A DNA stretch of 53,837 nucleotides, counting the filler, from Squatina squatina (taxonomy: Eukaryota), in the NCBI GenBank assembly GCA_031763465.1. It is 3 parts of 3 records of this genome, joined end to end, with 100 filler letters (N's around TTAATTAATTAA, not from the genome) between each part and the next. Parts side by side here need not be neighbours in the genome. Positions count along the whole stretch, not along the records: positions 1 to 23,770 come from JARFOE010000115.1; positions 23,871 to 40,177 come from JARFOE010470532.1; 1 more part is not named here. One strand, 5' to 3'. This document shows, one piece after another, positions 21,065 through 32,369 of the stretch (within the stretch, counting starts at the first letter, position 1; each line of letters begins with the position of its first letter). The position numbers and the translations under genes were made by a program. The notes under the pieces are model-generated. The model was not told where the DNA came from and searched no databases. It was given only the letters and a program-made list of their open reading frames with translations.

Positions 21065-23652
21065 GTAAGTATGTAAGTTTTAATTGAAGTTTACATGAAC
21101 GAGGAGGCGTTGTAGGAACTGCTTGTGCATAGAACCTCAGAAGGGCCTAGTTCCTACATTACCACTTCACAAAATACATTAATTGGTTGTAAAGTGCTTT
21201 GGAACGTCCTGAGGTCGTGAGAGGCGCCATATAAAATGCTAGCCTTTTCGTTATACCCAGGCATTGTTGGAACCAAATTCAAAGCTTGAACAGTCCTAAA
21301 TAAAGCTAATCCCAAACCCATACATGACTAGTCTGGCTGGAAGGATTTTGTTGGCAGTTAATAAGAATTGAAGGATTTGAGGCTTCAGGTGAACTGCATT
21401 TACACTACACCTTCAGCATTAGTGAGGAGTGATATTTGCTTCACACCACTGCTGAACTTGTGTAATGTAAATCTGGAGGCAAGAGCTGACCTGACTCCAA
21501 AGCAGAAAGCTCCGTTCTTGTACTCACACCGACCATTTTCAGTAAAAGTAACTGCAGGTAAAGTTTTGCCCCCAGAGTCTTTGCTTCGATAAACTACTGC
21601 TGAAAGAATTGTCGGCCCTATTTGCTTGTGCAAATCATTATAGTAATGGATGTTAGCCAATGCACCGAGGGAGGGTGTTAGGGCTCATTGAGCAGGAAGC
21701 AATGAATGAGCAACATTTAGGTCTACACCTTTGCCTCATTCTCTTGTTTTGACCTGATCGAACTTGGCCTGCTCAGTATTTGCATTTGCCTTATCTAACA
21801 TCTTCATATCTTTTCAAAGTGAGACTGCCAGTATTGTGCTATTGTGCTATTGTGCTCCAAAATGGAGAGATTTGTCTCTAGACTCACGCTAATGAGGGAC
21901 TGCATTGTAACTGTCCAAACTTGTGTCGCCTAGAATTCCAACAACTGGGAGAGAACAACTGCCATTCATCCTATCAGTCTGGGTTTGATTTGAGTCCACA
22001 TCTTACAAGACAATAATGGCTGCCTGTTGATTGTCAGTTCTATTGAAGTCATGCAGCTGAGTATCGGACGGAGATTATAACAGGCCGTCGATTTAATACC
22101 AAATGTTTTGTGCTCCTTCCTGAGACTTTCAACCCCAATGGCCCTTAAATTACACGGCAACACCTTTGACCCCATGAATAGCAATAATACTTATGTCACA
22201 CTTATGTACGGAAAGGATTTGAGATTGAGTTTTGTTTAAAGCGCTGTTATCTGAAAAAAAATGAAATGAATTTGCATAGATTTTAAAAGTGACTGGATAC
22301 AGCACGAAGAGGGAGGGGAACTTGAGGTGTCTGTTACCCAGACATCAGAGGGGTTTCCACAATGGCTGGAGACATTAAGGGCGGCCAATTTATGGTAAAA
22401 CTTCTGGCGTGAAAGTGGTGCAAAACTGGCGTTAAGCCATTTTTTGGCTAAAACGTGGGCGCTAAATTTGGGTCTTGTTTGTGCCGGCGCAAAACGGGCG
22501 CAGAGCCTATAACGCTTGAAGCGCTGGCGTTAGTCTAAACGCGGCACTGTGATGTCATCATTGCGCGCGCTGCCCAAATTGGGCGCCTGTCCAGAATTGC
22601 ACAGTGTCAGTGTGCACTAAATCGAGCGGTGACAACACCTGCTTTTGTCAGCGGGGACATGGCTTCTGGCGNNNNNNNNNNCTCATTACCAGTTACGAGC
22701 AGTGAACAGGGCCTAAGCGACCTTTGTCCATTGAGCTAAGAGGCTGTGCCCAGGAACTGAGTGACCTGAAAGACTATGAACAGAGACCGTGTGCTGTTAT
22801 GCTTCTGCTGAGGCTCTAAGCAGTGAACAGGGACTGTGTGCTCTTATGTTTCTCCTGTGAACTGACTCCACTGAAGGCTATATGTGAGACACATGCATCT
22901 GAAAGCTATTAACTGGCCTATAAANNNNNNNNNNNNNNNNNNNNNNNNNNNNNNNNNNNNNNNNNNNNNNNNNNNNNNNNNNNNNNNNNNNNNNNNNNNN
23001 NNNNNNNNNNNNNNNNNNNNNNNNCTCTATTCAGTGTGCTCATTGTTTGAATTGTCTCGGAGTTCACTTTCCTTTACTACAGTTCTCCTACGTCTGTTGT
23101 ACTTTTTTCTGGCTATGACTTTGTGTATTCGCTTGAGTAGTATCATTTAATATGTCTGCGTACTTTCCATTAAGGTTGCTTAATGGAAACTGTGTCTGTG
23201 TGACAAACATTTTTAGGTGTCCTGGCCTTTGTATGAACAGGAGTAAAGAATTTTTCAAACCAGGTGACGTGTGTGATTACCATTTCATCACCTCAGATTC
23301 AGTACTTGTTCTAGATTGGTAGAGAATTTAAACAAAACCATGGAAACGGTTGTGTGACTAAAGCAAAGGAAATTTTTATGGTCCATGCATGTGCTTTGAC
23401 TCTTTGTGAAGCACATGAGCAGTTTTTGCTTGGTTTGATCGGATTGAGGAATGTTAAGTAACTGCTGTATGTTTACAGTTTGCACATTTAACAGCATTGC
23501 TTTCATTGCTGTATTACCATATTATAATTACAGGAGCTGGTTTGGAATCACCCCTTCTGGAGTAACTCTAATTTGCAATTTAGCTAAATCTTTTCATGGC
23601 TTCCCTGTCAATTTGCTATGTTTCCTTTTTAAAATGATTTTTTCTACAACAG

Positions 23653-23730
23653 ACCAAAGAACGTGGCACTACCAGGGTACATGCTCTCAACAATGTCAAC
23701 CGAGCACTGCACGTGCTACAGCAGAATAAT
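23653..23730 (+). CDS. UTRN: Utrophin actin-binding (CH1) exon, equivalent to dystrophin exon 4
   Basis: cag|...|gtgagt, 78 nt, phase 0. Translates [29 protein letters not shown]11 linkage indicates UTRN rather than DMD. The ORF track reads it in the wrong frame. Confidence 0.88.
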
Positions 23731-23770
23731 GTGAGTCATTGTTTTAAATAACTAATCTTTGCTTTCATGA

Positions 23771-23870
23771 NNNNNNNNNNNNNNNNNNNNNNNNNNNNNN
23801 NNNNNNNNNNNNNNTTAATTAATTAANNNNNNNNNNNNNNNNNNNNNNNNNNNNNNNNNNNNNNNNNNNN
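23771..23870. other. Artificial scaffold-concatenation linker N44-TTAATTAATTAA-N44
   Basis: Exactly 100 nt, palindromic, with stops in all six frames. An identical copy lies at 40178-40277. Confidence 0.97.
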
Positions 23871-23956
23871 TGTTGCCATGGCCACCATGTAGACAGAGAT
23901 ACACTTGGAAAGGCCGCAGTTTCCTCGGGAGAGAATCACGATTGTCAGTAGGTTGG
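23871..23956 (-). CDS. GPR139/GPR142-like class A GPCR, start of exon 2 (truncated by scaffold end)
   Basis: Acceptor tctctcttacag|, phase 1. Translates (A)NLLTIVILSRGNCGLSKCISVYMVAMAT, spanning TM1 end, ICL1 and TM2. Confidence 0.85.
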
Positions 23957-24625
23957 CTGTAAGAGAGACAAGCGATAAGTAAAGGAAACATCCAGATTCG
24001 TCTCAAAATTATTGTGAGGAAATGTTCGGATGTAATTAGCATTATAGGCGAGGCTTGAAGATATTTAATTAAAAGAACAAATCATTCAACATTGAATCGA
24101 GAAGGACTGAAAATCCGCCATCCTTCCAACACAACTTACGGCAACTAATGGAAATCAACAAATGAAACACTGAGCTGAGACAAAAGATTCAACTTAAACA
24201 CTGTCGAGGGGAGGGGAAGCAGCTCCCTGAGCGGAAATTATATCCCCAAATATCTTTCAAAGTCCCCTGTTGGCTGCAGGTAGTTGCAATCTGAGCAAAT
24301 AGCAACTTCATGCGGACAGAGAACAAAGTTACAAATGTGATGACTAATATGGGCACTGAGCAGCACATTCTTTAGTGGTCTATGTACTGTTGGAGGGGCC
24401 GGAGAATCAATGCCAACCTCCTTCAGTATAGCGCCCGGTGGAAATGACTTACCGAGCAGAACAGCGCCTCACTGAACGCGTGGACTGAGAGGATTCCCGA
24501 TGATATTCAGCTTCTGATCCAGGCGAATAAATGACTCGGCAATGAGGACACTCTCGGAATCTGTTACCTAATCATTAAAAGTGAGAGAGTCAAGAGCTAC
24601 GAGGCAAAGCGACACGTTGACTTAC

Positions 24626-24695
24626 CGGGAATGCCAAAGGCTGCGAGAACGTGGTAGTAAATGTCCCTTATCTGTACAATTATTGGCTGCACCAT
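24626..24695 (-). CDS. GPR139/GPR142-like GPCR, exon 1
   Basis: ATG at 24695 gives MVQPIIVQIRDIYYHVLAAFGIP plus G|gtaagt (phase 1). It joins in frame to 23956 to give the TM1 signature GIPAN. Confidence 0.82.
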
Positions 24696-24768
24696 TCTTT
24701 TCCAGATGAATTCTGTGCGGCGTTACGATTCCGTGCGGATTGCATCTGAGATCGGTAGATGATCGCCC

Positions 24769-24776
24769 TTTATATA
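24769..24776 (-). promoter_or_regulatory. Candidate TATA box of the GPCR gene
   Basis: TATATAAA(GGG) on the minus strand about 75 nt upstream of the ATG. Confidence 0.5.
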
Positions 24777-25009
24777 ATACTCGTCCCACTGAGAAAATCC
24801 GGTTACACAATCATTGCCGTTAGTTACAGTCACTTAACAAACAAGTGGAAGTTTTCCACTTCAGTGTCATGGGGATATTGAACCGCTCACTTCACGAAAG
24901 TATGACTTAATATCAGCGAATGGAAATTAATCACAAATGGGATGGCCCATGAGCCCTAAAGGGAACACCCATTCCACAAACTGAATTAAGTACTTGGAGC
25001 ATCAGAATA

Positions 25010-25300
25010 ATCATAGAAACATAGAAAATAGGAGCAGCAATAGGCCATTCAGCCTTCGAGCCTGCTCCGACATTCAACATAATCATGACGGATCCTCTAT
25101 CTCAATGCCATATTCCCGCTTTCTCCCCACACCCCTTGATGCCTTCAGTATCTTGAAATCTATCTACCTCCTTCTTGAATTTATTTAATGCCTTGGCCTC
25201 CACAGCCTTCCGTGGTAGAAATTCCACAGGTTTACCATTCTCTGTGTGAAGAAACATCTCCTCATCTCATTCCGAAATGGCCTGCCCCGTCTTCTGAGAA
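25010..25300 (-). mobile_element. CR1-type LINE 3' end
   Basis: catagaaacatagaaaataggagcag...ggccattc tail. Related ends at 19915-19990 (+), 44636-44762 (-) and 52667-52744 (-). Confidence 0.75.
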
Positions 25301-25344
25301 CTCATCCAATAATTAAAATTTGTTGTGTACTGTGATGAGACTGA

Positions 25345-28300
25345 TGAGAACCCTACTCTAACATTACTGGTGGCGAACTTTCTCTAACATTGCTGGTTGT
25401 GACCCTATTCCACATTGTTCCTGGTGATTCTATTCAAACATTGCTGATGGTGAACATACACTAATATTACTAGTAGTAATTATATACAAAATTTACTCCA
25501 ACTCTACAAATCTTTGCTGGTGGTGACATTATACAAACATCACTTGGGATGAATCTGCTCAAATATTTCTGGTGGTGACTCTAATCATTCACTGTTGCTG
25601 GTGAAACTACTGTAACATTACTGGTGGTGACATTATCCCAACATTACTGGTGGTGACCCTACACTAACATTACTGGTGGGGACTCTGTTCTAACATTATT
25701 GTGGTGAATCTGTTCTAACGTTACTCATGATGAGTCTACTCTAACATTACTTGTGGTGACTCTACTCTAACATTCCTGGTGGTGATTCTGCTCCAAGATT
25801 ACTGGTAGTGATTCGGTTCTAACATTACTCGTGGTGATTTTGTTCTAACAATACTTGTGGTGATTCTACTCTAACATTACTGGCGGTGATTCTGTTCTAA
25901 CATTACTGGTGATGATTTTGTTCGAACATTTCTTGTGGTGATTCTACTCTAATATTACTGGTGGTGATTCTGTTCGAACATTACTGGTGGTGACCCTACA
26001 CTAACATTACGTGGTGAATCTACTGCAACATTATTAGTGGGGATTCAATTCTACCATTACTGTGCTCACTTCTCAACCACTACTGGGTTGTGACTCTATT
26101 CCAAAGTTACTTGTGGTGACCCTGACCAAAAATTATATGTTGACATCACTCGTGGGAAAACTGCATCAACAATATCGGGATGAATCTTCCCCCATATTAC
26201 TTCTGGTTATTATACACCAATATTTCCGATGGTGAACGTAATCAAACATTATTGGTAGTAACCCTACTCTGACAGCACTGAAGTTGATTCTATTTCTATC
26301 ATTATTGCTTTTTACCCTGCTCTATCATTGCTGATGTTGACTCTACTCTACCATTACTGGTGGTTACTCTAAGCCATATTTACTGCTGATGAACGGAATC
26401 TAATATTAATATTGCTGACACTACTCTAACATAACTGCTGTTGACCGTTATCTCGCATTCATCATTGTAACTCTACTCCAACATTATTAGTGGTGACTCT
26501 ACTCACACATTACTGGTGAAGACACCACTTTAACATTACTGGTGGTGACTCTACTCATACATTGCAGCTGCTGATTCTAAACTAACATTTCTGCTGCTGA
26601 ACATAATCAAACAGCATTGTTGGTGACCCAACTGTTACACTGCCAGCGGTGACTACTCGAACATTATTTGCGATTATTCCATTCTAACGTTACTTATGGT
26701 GACCCTAATCTAACATTAATGTTGGTGAACGTACTCTACGTTTTCTGGTGGTGACTCTACTCTAACATTACTGGGGGTGAATCTACTCTAACATTACAGG
26801 TGGTGAATCTACTCGAACATTACTGGTGGTGACTCGACTCTAACATTACTGGTGGTGACTTTACTTCAGCATTTAAAGGGGTGATTCTCCGCAAACATTA
26901 CTGATGGTGAATCTGCTGTAACATTTCTGCGAGTGAACTTAAGTAAACCTTACTGGTAGTGGCCCTATTCTAACATTGCTGGTGATGGATCTACTCAAAC
27001 AATTCTACTTGTGACACAACAGTCGCATTACTGGTGCTGATCCTAGGCTAACTGTACTGCTGGTGATGCTACTCTCACTCTACTTGTTGTGCGCCTACTC
27101 GAACATTAATTTTGGTTACATGAATCTAACATTACTGAGGGTGACTCAACTTCGAACATCACTGCTTGTGATCATACTCTAACATTACTGGTGGTGACTC
27201 TACTCTAACACTACTGGTGGTGACACTACTCTAACATTACTGGTGATGACTCTACTCTGACATTACTGGTGGTGACTCTACTGTACCATTACTGGTGGTG
27301 ACTCTACTCTAGTATTGTTGGCACCAACCGTACACCAGTGTTACTGGTGCTAAACTTAATCTATAATAGCTGTTGTTTATTCTCATCAATTATTACTGGC
27401 AGTGACACTACTCTAATATTCCTGGTGTTGACTCAACTCTAACATTCCTGGTGTTGACTCTACTCTAACATTACTGGTGGTGACTCTACTTTAACATTAC
27501 TGGTGGTGACTCTACTCTAACATTACTGGTGGTGATTCTACTCGAGCATTACTGGTGGTGACTCTACTTTAACATTAATTGTGGTAACTATACTCTAACA
27601 TTACTGGTGGTGAATCTATTCTAACGTTCCTGGTGTTGAATCTACTCTAACGTTACTGCTGGTGACTGTACTCTAACATTACTGGTGGTGACTCTACTCT
27701 AACATTCCTGGTGGTGACTCTACTCTAACATTACTAGTGGTGATTCTATTCCAGCATTACTGGTGGTGGCTCTAATCTATCATTCCTGGTAGTGAGCCTA
27801 CTCTAACATTCCTGGTGTTGACTCTACTCTAACATTACTGGTAATGATTCTATTCCAGCATTACTGGTGGTCATTCTACTCTAACATTACTGGTGGTGAC
27901 TCTCCTCTAACGTTACTGGTGGTGACTCTATTTTAACATTTCTGACAGCAATTCTACTATAACATTACTGGTAGTGATTCTACTCTAACATTACTAGTGG
28001 TGACTCTACTCTAACATTACTGGTGGTGATTCTACTCTAACATTACTGGTGGTGATTCTACTCTAACATTACTGATGGTGACTCTACTCTAACATTACTG
28101 GTGGTGCCTCTACTCTAGCATTACTGGTGGTGACTCTATTCTAACATTACTGGTGGTGACTCTACTATAACATTACTGGTGGTGACTCTAATCTAACATT
28201 ACTGGTGGTGACTGTATTCTAACATTACTGGTGGTCACTCTACTCTAACGTTACTGGTGGTGACTCTATTCTAACATTTCTGGCAGCAATTCTACTCTAA

Positions 28301-31300
28301 CTTTACTGCTAGTGATTCTACTCTAACATTACTGGTGTTGAATCTACTCTAACGTTACTGGTGGTGACTCTGCTCTCACATTCCTGGTGATGACTCGATT
28401 CCAACATTCCTGGTGGTGATACTATTCTAACAGAGCTTGTGGTGACTCTATCTAACATTACTGGTGTAGAAACTACTCTAACATCAGTGATGCTGACTAC
28501 TCTGGCAGTACAGGTAGTGACCCACCTGTAAAATTAATAGTTGTGAATCTACACGAAGATTACTGCTGGTGACTCTACTCTAACATCACTGGTGGTGACC
28601 TACTCTAATAGTAATAGAGGTGACTCTACGCTAACATTAATTGTTGTGAATCTAACATTAATTATGGAGACAATACTCTAACATTACTGTTGTTAACACT
28701 ACACTGCTATATTTTATGCTGGATGTACACTGAGGTTAATGGTGGTAAATCTACTATAAAATAACTGTTGTTTATTCTCAACAATCATTTCTGTTGGTGA
28801 CATGATTCTAACATTACTGGTAGTGAATCTACTTCTAACGTTGCTGCAGGTGACTCCAATCTAACATTACTGGTGCTTAGTATGCTCTTACATTATCAAT
28901 GGTGACTCTACTCTAACGTTATTGGTGTTGATCTTACTCTAACACTATTGGTTGTGGCTCAACTCTAACATTACTGATGGAGACCCACCTTTCAACTCAA
29001 TCGTCGTGAACCCAAATGAACCTTAATTGTATTGCCTCAACTCGATATTACTGACGGTGATTATACCTTTACAGTACTGGTGGCGACTCCTCTAACATTA
29101 CTGGCGGCGACTCTACTCTAATCTCACTGATGGTGAGTCTATTCTAGCATTACTGGTTGTGACTAATCTAACATTACTGGTGCTGATTCTACTCTGACAT
29201 CACTGGTAGTGACTCTACTCTAGCATTACTGGTGGTGAGTCCACTCGATCATTCCTGATGGTCACTCGACTCTAACATTACTGGTGGGGACCCACCTCTA
29301 ACATTACTTGGCGTGAGTCAGCGTATAACATTACTGATGGTGACAATATTCTAACAGAGCTTGTGGTGAATCTACTCTAACATTACTGAAGCTGACTGTA
29401 CTTTAGCATTACAGGTGGTGACCCACCTCTAAATTCACTGCTTGTGACTCTACTCTAAGATACTGCTGGTGACTCTACTCCAACATTACTGGTGTTGAAT
29501 CTACTCTAACATCACTGGTGGTGACCTACTCTAACAGTAATAGAGGTGACTCTGCATCACCCTTACTAGTTGTAAGTCCGGCATCATTTATGGTGACACT
29601 ACTCTAACATTACTGCTGTTATCCCCACTCTAATATAGTTTATGGCGAACGTACACTGACGTTACTGGTGGTAGATCTACTATAACATAACTGTTGTTTA
29701 CTCTCATCAAACATTTCTGTTGGTGATATGATTCTAACGTTAATGGTGGTGGATCGACTTCTAACATTGCAGGTGGTGACTCCAATATAACATTACTGGT
29801 GCTTAGTTTGCTCTTACATTACTGATGGTGACTCTGCTCCAACATTACTGGTGGCGACTCTACCCTAACATTACTGTTGGTTATTCTACTCTAACATTAC
29901 TGATGATGACTCTACTCTAACATTACTTTTGGTGATCCTATTCCAACATAACTAGTGGTGACTCTATTCTAACATACCTGGTGGTAAGTCTGCTCTAACA
30001 TTACTGGTGGTGACCCTATTCCAACATAATAGTGCTGACTCTATTCTAACATAACTGGTGGTGACTCTACTCTAATATTACTGGTGGTGATTCTACTATA
30101 ACATTACTGGTGGTGACTCTACTCTAACATTACTGGTGGTGACTCTATTCTAACATTACTGGTGGTGACTGCACTCTAACATTACTGGTGGTGACTCCAC
30201 TCAAACATTATTGGTGGTGACCCGACTCTAACTTTACTCGTTGTGACTCTACTCTAACATTACTGGTGGTGATCCTCTTCGAACATTACTGCTGGTGACT
30301 CGACTGCAACTTTACTGGTGACCTACTCTCACAGTTATAGCGGTGACTCTACTCCAACATTGCTGGTGATGACTCTACTGTAACATTACTGCTGGTGATC
30401 CTATTCGAACATTACTGCTGGTGACTTGACTGTAACTTTAATGGTGCTGAATCTACTCAACAATTAAAGCGGTGACTCTACTGTAACATTACTGATGGTA
30501 ATTCCAATTTAAAAATTCTGCATGTGACACCATTCTAACATTACCAGTGGTGACCCACCTCTAACATTACCTGGCATGACTCTGTTTCTAAAATTACTGG
30601 TGGTGATTTTACTCTAACATAGCTTGTCGTGACTCTCCTTCTAATATTACAGGTGGTGACACTTGTCTAACTTTACTTGTGATGACTCTACTCGAATGTT
30701 ACTGTGGGGGAACTCTGTGATACCATTTCTGCTAGTGACCGTAATCTAACTTTAATCTACTCTCCTACAAAATTGTTTGGGGGTGAAACTAATTGAACAC
30801 TAATGCTGGTGAAATTACTCTAACTTTAAAGTGGTGACTATATTATTAACCTTCCTGCTGATGACCCTAAACTAACACTAGAGATGGTGAGCTTACTATA
30901 ACATTACTGGTGGTGATACTAATCTAGCCTTACTGCTGGTGATAGTTTTCTAACATTACTGCTGGTGGGTCTAAACTAACAGTACTGGTGCTGACCGAAC
31001 TCTGGCATTATTGCTGGTGATTCTACTCTAACGTTAATGGTGGTGACCCACCTTTAAAACCACGGATGGTGACTCTACTCCAACATAACTAGTGGTAACT
31101 CTACTCCAACATTATTGCTTATGACCGTACCGTGATATAGTTTGTTGCGACCATATAATAACGTGACTGGTGGTAAACATACTCTTAAATAACTTGCAGT
31201 CACACTCAACAATCATTATTGGGGGTGACACTATTATATCATTACGGGTGGGGACACACCTTCAATATCACTGGTGGTCACGCTTCTCCAACATTACTTC

Positions 31301-32360
31301 TTGTGACCCTATTCTATCATTACTTGTGATGAATCTGCTCTACGATTACTGGTGGTCAAACTACTCTAACGTTGCTGCTGATGAATCTACTCCAACATTA
31401 CTGCTCGTGACCATACTTTAATAATGTTGGTGTCGACCGCACACTAACGTAACTGATTGTAGTCCTAATTCAAAATTGTTTATTCTTGTCAAAGATTACG
31501 GAGGGTGACTCTACTCTAACATTATTATGGTGACCCCACTCTGAATTACTGGTGGAGACCAACTTTTCAATTACTGGTGGTGGGTGACTCTACTTTAACA
31601 TTGCTGGTTTTGACACAACTTGTGCATTATTGGTGCTGATGCTACATCAACATTTCTGGTAGTGACTCTACTCAAACATTAATGTTGATGCTACTGTATC
31701 TTTACTGGTGTTGACCCGAATCTAACATTACCGGTGATAACTCTATACTACCATTATTGGTTGTGACTCTACTCTAACATTACTGGTGGAGACTCTACTC
31801 TAACATTACTGTGGGTGACTCTACTCTAACATTACCTGTGGTGACTCTACTCTAACAGTAATGGTGGTGACTCTACTCTAACATTACTGGTGGTGACTCT
31901 ACTCTAACATTACTGTGGGTGACTCTACTCTAACATTACCTGTGGTGACTCTACTCCAACAGAACTGGTGGTGACTCAATTCTAACATTACTGGTGGTGA
32001 CTCTACTCTAACAGTACTGGTGGTGAATCTACTCTAACATTACTGGAGGTGAATCTACTCTAACATTACCTGTGGTGACTCTACTCTAACATTACTGGTG
32101 GTGACTCTACTCTAACATTACCTGTGGTGACTCTACTCTAACTTTACTGGTGTTGACCCGAATCTAACATTACTGGTGATAACTCTGTACTACCATTATT
32201 GGTGGTGAATCTACTCTAACGTTACTGGTGGAGACTCTACTCTAACATTACCTGTGGTGAATCTACTCAAACTTTACTGGTAGAGACTCTACTCTAACTT
32301 TACCAGTGGTGAATCGATTCTAACTTTATTGGTGGTACCTCTTCTCCAGCATTACTGGTA
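25345..32360. repeat. Tandem satellite array, 26-bp unit AACATTACTGGTGGTGACTCTACTCT (~270 units by length/26)
   Basis: Continuous head-to-tail copies alternating between homogeneous and degenerate blocks. No long ORF on either strand. Confidence 0.97.
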
Positions 32361-32369
32361 CAATCCATA

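Noticed and set aside
23653-23730. Dystrophin (DMD) assignment
   Set aside because: The peptide fits both paralogues, but KERG/NVNR residues and linkage to STX11 favour utrophin.
23815-23826. TTAATTAATTAA palindrome as a biological site (also 40222-40233)
   Set aside because: Centred in symmetrical N44 pads; this is a synthetic six-frame stop linker.
24622-24810. ORF MCNRIFSVGRVLYKG... as a protein
   Set aside because: Wrong frame. The GPCR exon 1 lies in another frame and the rest is promoter or UTR.
25345-32360. 26-bp array as a CRISPR array or repeat-protein gene
   Set aside because: Units are head-to-tail with no unique spacers, there are no cas genes and the context is vertebrate. The period is not a multiple of 3 and stops recur on both strands.
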